A stretch of 64,000 bases of DNA. Origin: Sminthopsis crassicaudata (taxonomy: Eukaryota). Each line of letters starts with the position of its first letter. Within the stretch, counting starts at the first letter, position 1. The stretch lies in assembly GCF_048593235.1 (NCBI RefSeq), contig NC_133618.1:143991162-144055161 (forward strand), read 5' to 3'. A program made the position numbers and the translations under genes. The notes below the pieces were generated by a model. The model saw nothing but the letters and a program-made list of their open reading frames with translations. It was not told where the DNA came from and made no database searches. Positions 51,905-63,907 of this stretch are shown in pieces.

Positions 51905-54900
51905 ATGAGATTAAATTCTTGACCTTTTGTTCTTCCAGATGAATTTTGTTATTTTTTTCTAGGTCAGTAAAATAGTTTCTTGGGAGTCTGATTGGTATAG
52001 CACTAAATAAATAGATTAGTTTAGGGAGTATTGTGATCTTTATTATATTCACTTGACCTATCCAAGAGCACTTTAAAATTTTCCAGTTATTTAAGTCTGA
52101 CTTTATTTGTGTGAAAAGTGTTTTGTAGTTTTTCTCATATAGTTCCTGACTTTCCCTTGGCAGATACATCCCCAAATATTTTATACTATCAACAGTTATT
52201 TTAAATGGAATTTCTCTTTGTATCTCTTGTTGTTGGATTTTGTTGGTGATGTATAAAAATGCTGATGATTTATGTAGATTAATTTTGTATCCTGCAACTT
52301 TGCTGAAGTTGTGAATTATTTCTAATAGCTTTTTAATAGATTCTCTGGGGTTCTCTAAGTATACCATCATATCATCTGCAAAGTGATAATCTGATTTCTT
52401 CATTGCCTACTCTAATTCCTTTAATCTTTTTTTCAACTCTTATTGCTGAAGCTAGCATTTCTAATACAATGTTGAATAGTAATGATGATAGTGGGCAACC
52501 GTGTTTCATTGCTGATTTTATTGGGAATGGTTCCAGTTTATCACCATTATATATGATGTTTACTGATGGTTTTAAATTGGTGCTACTATTTTAAGGAAAA
52601 GTCCATTTATTCCTCTACTCTCTAGATTTATCTAGTTCTGAGAGTGAAAGGTTGAGATCTCTCAATATTATAGTTTTGCTGTCTATTTCTTCTTGCAGCT
52701 CTCTTAACTTCTCCTTTAGGAATTTAGATGCTATACCACTTGGTGCATATATGTATAGTATTGATGTTGCTTCATTATCTGTGATATCCTTTAGCAAAAT
52801 ACAGTTTCTTTCCTTATCTCTTTTAATTAGATCAATTTTTGCTTTTGCTTGATCAGAGATCAGGATGGCTACCCCTGATTTTTTTACTTCACCTGAAGCA
52901 TAGTAGATTCTACTCCAGCCTTTTACTTTCACTCTGTATGTTTCCTGTAAACAACATATTGTAGGATTCTGGCTTTTAATCCAGTCCACTATCTGCCTTC
53001 GCTTTATGGGAGAGTTCACCCCATTCAAAATTACAGTTAAAACTACTAGTTCTGTATTTCCTGCCATCTTATGCTTTTCCCAGATTATTCCTTTCTCTTT
53101 CCTTTCCCCTTTACCCCCCTCCTTAGTATTAAATTTATAGGCACCACTTGCCTCACACAGCCCTCTCTCCCTCTTGGAATTCCTCTCCCTTTCTTAAACC
53201 TTTCCCCTACTATTTCTGTATTCCTTACTATTTAGCCTACCCCTTCCCTTTTCACTTTTCCTCTCCCACTTTTCAGTGAGGTGTGGGAGAAGTTTCTCTG
53301 AAAACCAAATTTATGTCTAATATTTTCTCTTTGAGTCAAATTTGATGAGAGTAAGAGTGACACAATGTTCATTCCCCTCCCTTCTTTCCCTCAGATATAA
53401 TAGGTTTCCTTTGCCTCTTTGTGAGGTATAGTTTCCCTCTTTTTACCTTAACTTTTCCCTTTTTCTGGTACAATCTCCTTTTCACTTCTAGTACCTTTTG
53501 TATATTATAACAGTAAAATCAAATTATACATGTACTCTCTATGTATACCCATAATAGAAATGCAGTTCTCAAGAGTATTTTTTATCTTTTTATGCTTCTC
53601 TTGAGTCCTATATTTGGAGGTCAAACTTTTTGGTTAGCTCTGGTTTTTTCATCAGAAATAAATGGAATTCACCTATTTCACTGAATGCTCATCTTCTTCC
53701 CTGGAAGAAAATGCTCAGTTTGGCTGGGTAAGTTATTCTTGGCTGCATTCAAGTTCCTTTGCCTTTCAGAATATCAGATTCCAGGTCCTTTGATCCTTTA
53801 ATGTGGAATACTGCTAGATCTTGAGTAATCCTTATTGTGACTCCTCGGTATTTGAATTGTTTTTTTTCTGGCTGCTTGTAATATTTTTTCCTTGGTCTAA
53901 TAGTTCTGGAATTCAGCCACAATATTCCTTGGAGTTTAAATTTTGTGATCTCTTTCAGGCGGTGTTTGATGAATTCTTTCAATAGCTATTTTATTTTCTG
54001 ATTCTCTAACATCTGGGCAGTTCTCTTTGATGATTTCCTGAAAAGTAGTGTCTAGGCTCTTTTTTTCATCATGATTTCAGAGTCAAATAATTTTTAGATT
54101 TTCTCTCCTACATCCCTTTTCCAGCTCTGTTGTTTTCCCAAGTAGGTATTTAACATTTTTTTCTATTGTTTCATTTTTTGGTTTTGCTTGATTGATTCTT
54201 GATGCTTCCTTGAGTCATTCATTTCTATTTGTGCAGTTTTGATTTTTAATGAATTATTTTCTTCATTTAATTTTTTATTTCTTTTTGTATTTGTCCAGTT
54301 GAGTTTTTAAATGAGTTTTTTGTTCTTTGGAATTTTTTTCCATTTCAAGAATTTTTTTAAGGAGTTCATTACTTTTTCCAGTTCACAAAATCTGTTTTCC
54401 TGGGAGTTCTTTACTTTTTTCCATTTCATATTTCAGGCAGTTGTTTTCTTTTTCCACTTTATCAAATCTATCTTTTAATGACTTATGTGCCTTTTCCAAA
54501 CTCTCTTGGAGAGTTTTCCTTTCCTTTCCCCATTATTCTTATAGCTCTCTTTTTGAGATCCTTTTTAATTTCTTCTAATAGAGCCTTACGTGGTGGGGAC
54601 CAGGTCATATCCCCCTTTAGGGCCTCATCTGGAGACTGTCTGCTGTTAGTCTACTCAGGGTTTGAAACCTGTTCTCTTTCACTATAGAAGCTGTCTATAG
54701 TTAGAGCTCAATTTTCCTTTTTACTCAATTTTTTTTTAAGTTGGGGTCTGCTTTGGGGGCAATGAGGGCTTTCCAAGCTTCCTCTATGGGCACCAGGAAG
54801 TGGCAGCAAAGCAACAGTAGCTGCACTGGGATTGTGCTGAGTCACTCCTGGTGCTGGGTGAGTGTGGCCTGGTCCGGTGAGACTCTGGCACTTTGGGGTT

Positions 54901-55150
54901 CACTCTCTACTTTCTGCCTTTGTGTTGGATATTTTTTAACTTCTCTGCTGATCTACTGGCTTGCTGCCAGGGCAGAGTAGCTGACACTGTGGTAGAGTCC
55001 TCTCTGCAGATTCTTGGCCTGTGGAGACCATACCCCACCCTTGGCCTGCTCAGCAGGTGATGTTGTCTGTGCTCTGCCTCTCTGCCTGAGCAGCACCTGG
55101 CCTGGCCTCTCCCTGGCCTGGCATCCTCCCATGCCCTGCCCCATGTGAAG
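51905..55150 (-). mobile_element. L1 with 5' UTR, disrupted ORF1, ORF2 EN start, a large EN-to-RT deletion and a 3' truncation
   Basis: ORF1 remnants 53600-54700 (Y.G.TIRITQDLA); EN NG.NSPIKR...CCLQET (52615-53067); RT FADDM (51867-52403). Confidence 0.95.
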
Positions 55151-55247
55151 GGTATAAGGTTTAATCTTTGTTTTTTGTTGCTTGGATGTTTGCCTTGCAG
55201 TACTTTCATTATTGTGCCTATGAATCAATCTGTTCTATCACCTATAC

Positions 55248-55477
55248 CAGTGGTCCTCAAACTTTTAAAATAGGGGGCCAGTTTACTGTCCCTCAGACTG
55301 TTGGAGCGCCTCACACTCTGTTTCCACCACCTCAGCCCAGTGCTGGAAGTGTGTGTTGCTAACACGAGTTTAGGTAGAACGTCACTTCAGGTCTGATTTT
55401 GCCACAACCTGGTGGGCCACATAAATGTCCTCAAGCAGGCCACATCTGGCCTGCAGGCCGTAGTTTGAGGACCCCTG
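55248..55477. mobile_element. OC1-derived MITE, same subfamily as 47552-47782
   Basis: OC1 termini; TSD acctatac/atctatac. Confidence 0.9.
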
Positions 55478-56495
55478 ATCTATACTAAGATGAATAAATG
55501 TTTTGAAGTGTGTGGTAAATAATTTAATTGCTTAGGTGCTGGCCAGAACCGACCTTTTTTGGTGATCTTTGAAATTATCTTCTGTTGTAATGTATTGCCC
55601 TCTCAATATTCATGGGTTCTGCCAGTTCAGCACTTATTTTCAGAGGCTGAATTTCATAAATGGTTTGAAGGTAGCAGGAGAGCTCAGAAAGAAGCGTGTT
55701 TCCTCTCCCCATCTTGACTCTGCCTCCCACTACAATCCTTTAAGATAGCCCGTGATGATGAATCTTGATCCTTGGCTTTTCTTCAGAGTAGCTTGTGAAT
55801 TCTAGTTTTTACAAACTATTTGCCCTTTCTTACTGTATTCTTCTAGGACACTCTCTGGGTTTGTCACTAGATTCATGGTAGATACACTTTGGGCAAGAAA
55901 ATCTACTGAATTCTTCTCAGATCCATGTACTTGATAAATTTGAGAATCTTCTGGATTGGTTGCAATCTGGCTCAGTCTTTGAGAAAATGTATATTGATCC
56001 TTACAGTTTTTGCCTGTATTTAATAGCTAGATCAGAGCCACTAATCTTTAGTGTTAATGAGAAAACAGAATACTGAGAGTATAGAGAAAATAGATTCACC
56101 CCTCAGAAAAGAAGGCCTCAACTCCCTCATGGCTCTTTATCTTGGCTTCTTATGGAGCAAAACTGAGACTAGAAAATTATGTTGTCTAATAGCCTCTAAA
56201 AGGTAACAATCTTTATTTTTCTCAGCAATATTAGAATGGAGAAAAGTATCTTTTGTCTTTTCCAAGTAGAAAATCATATTATATAAGAGTATATTCTTTC
56301 CTTATTCTCAGATACAAGTCATTAAAGATTAATAATGTATATATAACCAAGAATCATTTAACAAGCATTATATATTCCTCTGGTCCTTCCCTAAGATAAT
56401 TTGTGAGGCTGCAATTTGTCCCTTCAACCTGCCATTTTTCTATTGAAGAATTCCCTAAGGAGGATATGTTCACTATTGGGCACCGGAGAAAGGCA

Positions 56496-57374
56496 TTAGG
56501 GGCCAGGGGCTTTTACAGTTGTATGAAACATGTATCTAAAAATATCACAGCTATTGGTACGTCTTTTGGTGTAGTTGAGGCCATCCCCAAAGACAGCATA
56601 CCAGACTGCATGCGGATAGTCTATACAGTTCTTTCCTATGTCCTTTATGGGGCATTTGCATGTGGCTGTAGATGCATTTGTCATCCATGCCAGCCCCCAT
56701 TTCCAAATAGTGACATGTAGGGTACCCCATGGTTCTGCCATGGTTGCGGGGGCTGGGACTTGTGCAAACAATGTGGCATTATGTGCAACCCCATCCCAAA
56801 ATGTCAATCTCATAGGACTAATCCATTGGAAGGCATTCAGGCATCTGGGGACCCCACACACACAAGGTTTCAATTTTGTTGTATGATTAAAAGCCTGGTG
56901 TATCAAGGAGTAATTCCCTCCAGAGTATGAGCAGGGCTCATGGGGAATGGCAAATATGGAAATGTTAAGGTTGGTGGGGTGTTGGCCCAGTGTGGCTGCC
57001 TTATGCCATCCACTTGTATAATTCTTTGGTAATAGTGGAAGGCATGCTGATGTGTGATTTGTTCCTGGGCTGCAGACACAAATCAGCAGGGAGTAAGAGA
57101 GAAGGGATATATTAACTATTTGATCCCACCACAAGCACTTCCTCTGTTGTTCTCCCACTAACTTGGTTCCATTTCCTTCCAACGTGAAATCAGGGGTTGT
57201 TTCACCCCATCCAACCATATGGACAATTGAGGGATAGGGAAGGACTGCCCATGTCCAGTGTCTTTGCAAGTCGTTGTTCCATTGTTCAGCATCTGTGAGG
57301 ATTATCCAGTTTTCCACATCTGTTGTCGGTATAATAGAGAGGGCGGCCATTGGGAGTACCAGTTGTCTCAGCAT
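56496..57374 (-). CDS. env: Open 292-aa beta-type Env SU ORF with no TM; expression unknown
   Basis: Follows the IN end; WAVLPYPSIVHMVGWG resembles the beta SU WAY.P.PP...V.W motif; 10 N-X-S/T sequons; Cys-rich. Confidence 0.7.
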   Translation of the reverse strand: MLRQLVLPMAALSIIPTTDVENWIILTDAEQWNNDLQRHWTWAVLPYPSIVHMVGWGETTPDFTLEGNGTKLVGEQQRKCLWWDQIVNISLLSYSLLICVCSPGTNHTSACLPLLPKNYTSGWHKAATLGQHPTNLNISIFAIPHEPCSYSGGNYSLIHQAFNHTTKLKPCVCGVPRCLNAFQWISPMRLTFWDGVAHNATLFAQVPAPATMAEPWGTLHVTIWKWGLAWMTNASTATCKCPIKDIGKNCIDYPHAVWYAVFGDGLNYTKRRTNSCDIFRYMFHTTVKAPGP

Positions 57375-58891
57375 CTTTGTCTTTAGGCACTGGCCTTGAG
57401 GTCTCCTTCTCCTCCTCCTTCTGGACCTTTTCTTCTTCTCTGAGTAATCAGAGTGATTGAGTTGGGATCCAGGAGTTCATCTCCCCTTCGGCCTGGTTAC
57501 CTGGAATGACAAGAGCATATCCTGGTCCCCATGCTACTACCCTCCCTGGTCCCAGCCATCAACTCTCTGGGGTTTTCCATATTACCAGTGTTTGTCTTTG
57601 TGGGATGAGTGATCCACGATCTGAACTGGGCTGGCTAAAGTAGTGAAAGAATTGCATGGCTGGTGTGATGTTATGCAAAAATTGAAGAAAATTGTGTATA
57701 TAACATGCTATGTCAAGTTCTGTTTGGATAACTCTCTGCTCTCCTTTGGCTTTCTTTCCTGGGGCCTCCAGCATGCCCCCTCTTTGTTTAAAAAGAAGAG
57801 TATTGATTATTCAGTTGGCTCTCTCTACCATAGCCTGTCCTGTGTGGTTATAGGGAACATGACATGATGGATGCCAAACTCCTCCATAAAGGAGGCAAAT
57901 GCTTTGGAAGTATAGATAGGTCCGTTGTCTGTTTTGAGTTCATTTGGGGGCCTGCAAAGGCAATACAGTGGAGCATATGGGCAATGGCATGGTGGATAGT
58001 CTCGCCAGGCTGCATAGTAGCCCATGTAAAGCCTGAGGAGGTGTCATATTGTATTGTTCAAATGTGTAACATCCATTTGCCACAGCTGGTGGGGAAAGTC
58101 ACCATTTTTGTTTACCACTGCACCAGCTTGGAGGCGTGCAGAATGGGGCACATGGGATGCAGCATTTAACTATTTCTGCTGCTTGTGACTTTTTTATCCC
58201 ATAAAGCAGTCTAAGGGTTTGGGCCAAGAGTGAAAGCACTGGTGAGCTTTTTGAGCAAATTCTAAGGGACATAAGAGAGAATCAGCTATGTTGTTACCTT
58301 CAAATATGGGACCTAGACCATCTGTGTGTGATCTAACATGAAAAATATATACAGGGTGTGAACGAGCCTATAATAGGGCTTGTTGGGCTTCAAGAAATAA
58401 AGCACAGATAGCTTTATGTTGTGGCTCTATATATGCAGAAGGCAACATTTGAGCGTATTGGCTATCAGTAATAATATTAACGGATTGAGGGAAGTTTAGG
58501 ATAGCTTGGATTATATAGAAAAGTTCATTCTTTTGTGTGGAGGTGTAAGAGGTATTTAGGACCCATTGTTGTTTTGTCTGAGGCACCAAATGGATGCCTT
58601 GCCATTCTTTGTGGCTCAGTAAACACCTGGGGGCCCTTTAAAGGTGTTTTAGATATAGGGGATAAGCATTTCCATGGCAAATGTGGGTATAAGTTAGCAA
58701 GGAGATAGGGCTTTTTACTGGCTGTAGGGGAGTCTGTAATAATACTTTGGCTCAAGGAAGACTATCTGTGCTAAAATTTTTATCTCTTCAGGTTTCAGGG
58801 GACAACATAAAAGGGGTTCCCTTCCTGTTAGCTAGATCACTCTCTGGCAACACTCTAGAATAAACGGGAGCAACATCTCCATTATCTATGT

Positions 58892-61075
58892 CAGTGGTCC
58901 TCAAACTTTTTAAATTGGGGGCCAGTTCACTGTTCCTCAGACTGTTGGAGGGTCAGACTATAGTAAAAACAAAAACTATGAACAAATTCCTATGCACGCT
59001 GCATATATCTTATTTTGAAGTGAAGAAACAAAATGGGAACAAATACAATATTTAAAATGAAGTAAAGTTAAATCAACAAACTTAACCAATATTTCAATGG
59101 GAACTATGGGCCTGCTTTTGGCTAATGAGATGGTCAATGTCTGGTTCGATATTTGTCATTGCTAGTCGTAACAAGTGATGCAAGTGTGCATCCGTTAGTC
59201 TTGATCTGGTTGAAGATTCTAGAAAAAGTCTGTTCACAGATATAAGTGCTGCCAAAGATGGTTGCCACTTTGAGTGCATGGTTTCTGAGATGAGGTTATG
59301 TCTCAAAGGGGAGAGATGCATAGAAATTATGAAGGCTGCTTGACTTGAATGCATCTTTCGGAGAATAACAATTCTGCAGTTCAGCCAGTTCCATTTGATA
59401 AATTGTATCCACATTTTCAATGTCAATAGAAAATGAGTTGTGGAAAAGCTCTATATCTTTTCATGGAGATGAAGCTCTTTAAATCTAAAATGGAACTCAT
59501 TTTGCAATTTTTCCAATGAATCCAGACATGTTTTGTTTGGGAATGCAATCAGTGGTTTTTCTGCTAACAGATTTTAAGTTGTGGGGAGATGGCAGAAGTT
59601 TTCCTCCTTCACTTGTTTGATGAGGAGACCTAATTTTACTTCAAATTCTTTGACATGTGATCGCATATCACAGACAAGCTTCCCCTTTCCTTGAAGTTGC
59701 ATATTGAAATTGTTGAGTAGCTCTGTTACATCTGTCAGAAAGGCAAGGTGCCATTTCCATTCTGCATCATTGAGCTCTGGTACTTCTTTGTTTTTTGAAA
59801 GCAGAAAAGTTGTAATCTGTGGAAGTAAGTCATAGAAATGTTTCAAAATTTTCCCTCTACTCTCAGCCAACGGACTTCTGTGTGATATAGAACATCTTCA
59901 TACTCAACATTTAGCTCAGACAGATATTCCTGAAATTGATTTATTACATTAGCTCTAATGAAGTTAACACAAGATATCACAATTTTCATAACAGAGTTCC
60001 ACTTCAGTGATTTACTACACAGCACTTGTTGGTGGATGAGGCAGTGTGTGGTTATTGGATAAGAATGGTTATGTTTGTCCATCTCTTGGTTAATGCAAGC
60101 AATTACTCCTTTCTTAGACCTCACCATTCTAGGGACACCTTCAGTTGTCATGCTGACTAGTTTAGCCCAGTCCAGTTCCAAACCATTCATAGTTTGGCAA
60201 ACCTTTTCATAGATATCTTCCCCTGTAGTTGTTCCTTTGATGCTTTGCAGTGCAGCAAGCTCTTCTATGACTTCAAAATAATCATGCATTCCCACAAATA
60301 AAAATTAGAAGTTGTGCGGAATCACAAACATAATTGCTTTCATCTAGTGCCAAGGAAAAATATGAAATTTTTTTGTGGAGTTTTGCAAATGCTGATGCAG
60401 ATTGTCTCCCATTTCTTTAATCCTCCATGTAATTGTAGGTCCTGAAAGACTCACTGTACTAAATAAATCGGCCTTCTCTGAAAGAAGGCATTCTTTAACA
60501 AATTCTCCCTCCACGAATGATCTGCCAGTGCACGCTATTAGCTTGGCAATTTGAAAACTTGGTCGCAGTGATGAAATATTTAGCTGCTTCTGCTTCACAA
60601 AAATATTTTGCTGAATTGTCAATGTATTTTTCAATTTTAATATGTTATCTTTTCTCACTTCTCCAACCAAACAATCACATTTATCTTTATGTTGAGTTTC
60701 ATAGTGTCGATGCAAATTATATTCTTTGAACACAGACACTATATTCTGGCATATCAGACATACAGCTCTTTCCTTGTACTACATGAAAAAGTAATAATAA
60801 GTCCACTGTTCTTTGAATATCCTATACTCCAAGTCAATTTTTCTTTTTCTTGACATCATTATTTCTAAGGGATTCCAAATTGCTATTAGTAAAATACCAA
60901 TACATATATACAGTGCTACAAAAACAATATACCAGCAATAACTTTTCCCACACAGAGATATACAGACTGCAATGCCCAACTTCCTCCAAGCTGCCTCTGC
61001 GCTGTGATGCCTCCGTTTCCCGCACTCTCTCTGCCGCTTCAGACCTTCACTGCACACAAGTTACCACTCAGGTGG
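58892..61075 (-). mobile_element. OC1 (OposCharlie1) hAT transposon, near-complete but frameshifted transposase, one TIR lost
   Basis: MMSRKRKID..RIFKEQWTY, C.IHQQ, YHTEVRW, SRLTDAHLHHLLRL...QAHSSH across ORFs 60779-61057, 60344-60739, 59843-60295, 59574-59870, 59094-59426; TIR at 58892. Confidence 0.93.
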
Positions 61076-61504
61076 CCCTCCCAAATGCCCTGGCTTCCTC
61101 TGAATCCTGGGATCAATTCTCATGATCCAGCGCTGCATGATCGTCCATGCTACACTCGTAATTTATCATAATCGCAAGCAAGACTTGGCATATATGTATA
61201 TAACTGGGCGATATATTGTATCTGCATAACGAGTTGTTGTGAGGGGAGCATCCTATATTCTGGAGGGTCTGAAAACTTTCTGTCCTCATCCTCACTAGAA
61301 TCCCTTGCTATTGAATCACCCATTTGTGTAATTCCTGTAACTAATTTTGACGGGTGCCCTTTATCTAATTTATATAATTGCCTAGCATAACTTTCGTTTT
61401 CATCAGGCTTGATGATGGGAAGTGAAAGCATCTGTCCCATGTCTATTCCTCTCCAGCTTCTCACCTAAAAGTGAGACTGTGGAGCTTCCTAACAAGAATA
61501 ATGG

Positions 61505-61522
61505 GTCCCTGTTTGGGCGCCA
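61505..61522 (-). promoter_or_regulatory. Primer-binding site, tRNA-Lys3
   Basis: tggcgcccaaacagggac, 17/18 match to TGGCGCCCGAACAGGGAC. Confidence 0.9.
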
Positions 61523-62793
61523 GTCATTAACTCCCTGCTGCTTACCTCAGTGGAGGTCAACTGGTTCTTACCTTCTCTAGGTCTTCGGACATCTTCGGCT
61601 CTGATTATCTCAATCAGAGAACAACTTCAAGGGTCCCCCATGCGGCAACAGGTCTTTATTGTATGACTTTGCATCATGGAGTTCCTCCCCCAACCCCATC
61701 CCCTATCTTCTGCAACCCCCTTTTTACAGTCCCCAGATCACGTGTCTGAGAGTGCATGAGCCTAGAGCATGATCAGCAAGAGTGAGGAGGCTTTTCCTCA
61801 TTACTGAGGTTTACTTAATACCTTCACCACTCTGTCAGGCTGGGACAGAATAAGCCTCTAAGTGCCTCTTATACTCTACCCTTGAGATTCTGCCCTTTAC
61901 TCTAACACCTATCCCCCACTTATATCTCCTTTCCTCTATTGCCCCTTCATGTGCCATGACAACAGTACTACTATTGGAAGGGAGTGCTTTCCCGTGTTTG
62001 GCACATACTCAGTGCATGACTGCTCTGTGTTTCTGTGACCACCTTATCATTTGTTACATTTGGTGGCTGACTGTACCAGGAACTTGTCTCACTTAATAGA
62101 AACTCGGGAATGCAATCAGCAGAATACATGCCCAGGACACCTCTTGGACCCTCTCGATATGTACTGTTTTCCAGGCAACAATCAAAGGCAAGGTTGGGAC
62201 TTTACAAAGGACAGAGAAACAATCCATCATACCCTTATATGAGCATAATTAAAATGTAACTATTATGGGGGTTTAACATGGGACTTTCCAGACTTGCTCA
62301 CATCAGCATAAAGTACTTCCTCATGTTTGGTGTGCAAGGCTGGAAGATAAAAGGAGGTATTTGGGATAGTAAAGGCAAGCACTTGTCAGAACTCACCATA
62401 ATAAAGAGCATCTTGATTTCATCTCTTCTGACTTGTGACTCTCTTTGGGGAAATATGCTGGCCATGTCCAGATGCGCACTGAAGCTCAAGAGGAGGTAAG
62501 ACCCAGCTGCCCCCAGGTGTAATAACTGACATTTGCTTTTTAAAGTTTGTTTGTTTTCTTTGATTCTTCTTTGACAAAATGAGCAAAACATTAAAGCACG
62601 CTCTAACTATTGATAGCTTCTATATGATCCCTCCAGTGGTTTTTCAGACATTACTTTGGGAGGAATCCACAATAAGCTGGTCATTAGATAAGGGCCTGCA
62701 TGAATATACGTGAAGTGTACAATAGTCATAATGGTGGTCCACAACAGATTATCTTGAGCAATAGCAAGAATATAGCCCTTGGGTATGGGGGCA

Positions 62794-63153
62794 TGTGGGG
62801 GGCGATCCCAACCACCGCCTCTACTTACCCTGCCCAAGGGTCTTCGGATATCTCCGGCTCCCCTCGGGGAACTGAGGGGAGAATCACTAGGCAGAACACC
62901 GGAGGTGGGTTAGAGCAACTTAATTACATGGCGGTCAGCGAAGTCTCCCCCTACCTCTTCTTGGTTAACCCTTATATACTACATCATTAGTCCACCCATT
63001 CCAGGAAGGCTCCTCCCTGGTTCCTCCTGGAGGGCGGAGCTCAGCTCTGTAGGGCCACCCCAGTGCTGATGTGGCAAAGCCACATCACCAGGTCCAGACC
63101 CCCAGGCATCTCCTCTCCACCCCAGGAGGCCCAGGTCCAGAGCACCCCTTACA
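62794..63153 (-). mobile_element. 3' LTR of a beta-like ERV, preceded by a PPT (aaaagaaaaaggggga, about 63156-63171)
   Basis: tgtaagg...cccaca; TATATAA at about 62975; PPT immediately after the env stop. Confidence 0.88.
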
Positions 63154-63208
63154 ATTCCCCCTTTTTCTTTTATCAAGAGGGTTGGTGGACAATTTCAGCC
63201 TTTACAGC

Positions 63209-63907
63209 TTACAAGGTTCTATGAAGGGCAGCTAGAAAGCAAGAAAGTAGGCAGGGTAAACATAAACACACAAGAAATCCCAATCCCAGTGCTACCGCTC
63301 CAGTAGTAATCCATTGTAACAATTGTTGTAGATTTAAATTCTCCCACCAATTTTTAGCATTGTTCAAATGTTTTTCCCAATCTTCATTTAACTGTATAGT
63401 AGCGTTTTCCATTGCAGCAATTATAGAATCTAAAGCATTTAACTCTTCAGTAAAATTAGTAGCAAGAGTGGCATTTTTAAGAATTATTTCAAGCTGTCTA
63501 TATAAAGTATCATTGTAAGGGATGGCTGTTACACATACAGGGTAGTATTTATAATGACATTGCATTCTCATATATCTCAACAAGAAAGCTTGTTTTTGGG
63601 TAATTATCTCTACCACTGCTGCCAGGGATTGTATCTCTTGTTGAAGTACCTTATCAATATGTTCTTGATGTTTCCATGCTAATCCTGTTTGGACCATAAA
63701 TTTCTGTAAGGAACTTGCAAGAAAGGCTACTTGGCTCTGTAATCTTTGTATCTGTACTTCTTCTAAAATATTCATAGCCAAGTTTACCACAGACAAGATG
63801 TCACCCAATGTTAGGGGCTGGGACCGTTCACAGGAAACCTCAACAGTGACTGCCTCTTCTAGCTTCCCCGACCCGACGGGGCTTCGGAGGTCTCCAGCCC
63901 TCCTCAT
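63209..63907 (-). CDS. env: 232-aa ORF: 33 aa from LTR U5 fused in frame to 199 aa of intact beta-type Env TM
   Basis: Heptad repeats, CX7C motif (CHYKYYPVC), membrane anchor ITTGAVALGLGFLVCLCLPCLL, native stop before the PPT. Confidence 0.7.
   Translation of the reverse strand: MRRAGDLRSPVGSGKLEEAVTVEVSCERSQPLTLGDILSVVNLAMNILEEVQIQRLQSQVAFLASSLQKFMVQTGLAWKHQEHIDKVLQQEIQSLAAVVEIITQKQAFLLRYMRMQCHYKYYPVCVTAIPYNDTLYRQLEIILKNATLATNFTEELNALDSIIAAMENATIQLNEDWEKHLNNAKNWWENLNLQQLLQWITTGAVALGLGFLVCLCLPCLLSCFLAALHRTL

Larger units (their letters stand above)
56380..62058 (-). mobile_element. Betaretrovirus-like provirus: 5' LTR 61525-62058, PBS, gag start, OC1 insertion with deletion, RNase H-IN, env SU; 3' end missing
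   Basis: gag MGQ at about 61440; IN ELKTDNGP.YTSKAF (57825-58025); RNase H VNIITDSQY (58368-58589). Confidence 0.9.

Noticed and set aside
56496-63907. SU ORF and TM ORF as halves of one split env system
   Set aside because: They belong to separate insertions in the wrong order (TM upstream of the other provirus's 5' LTR), and nothing links them.
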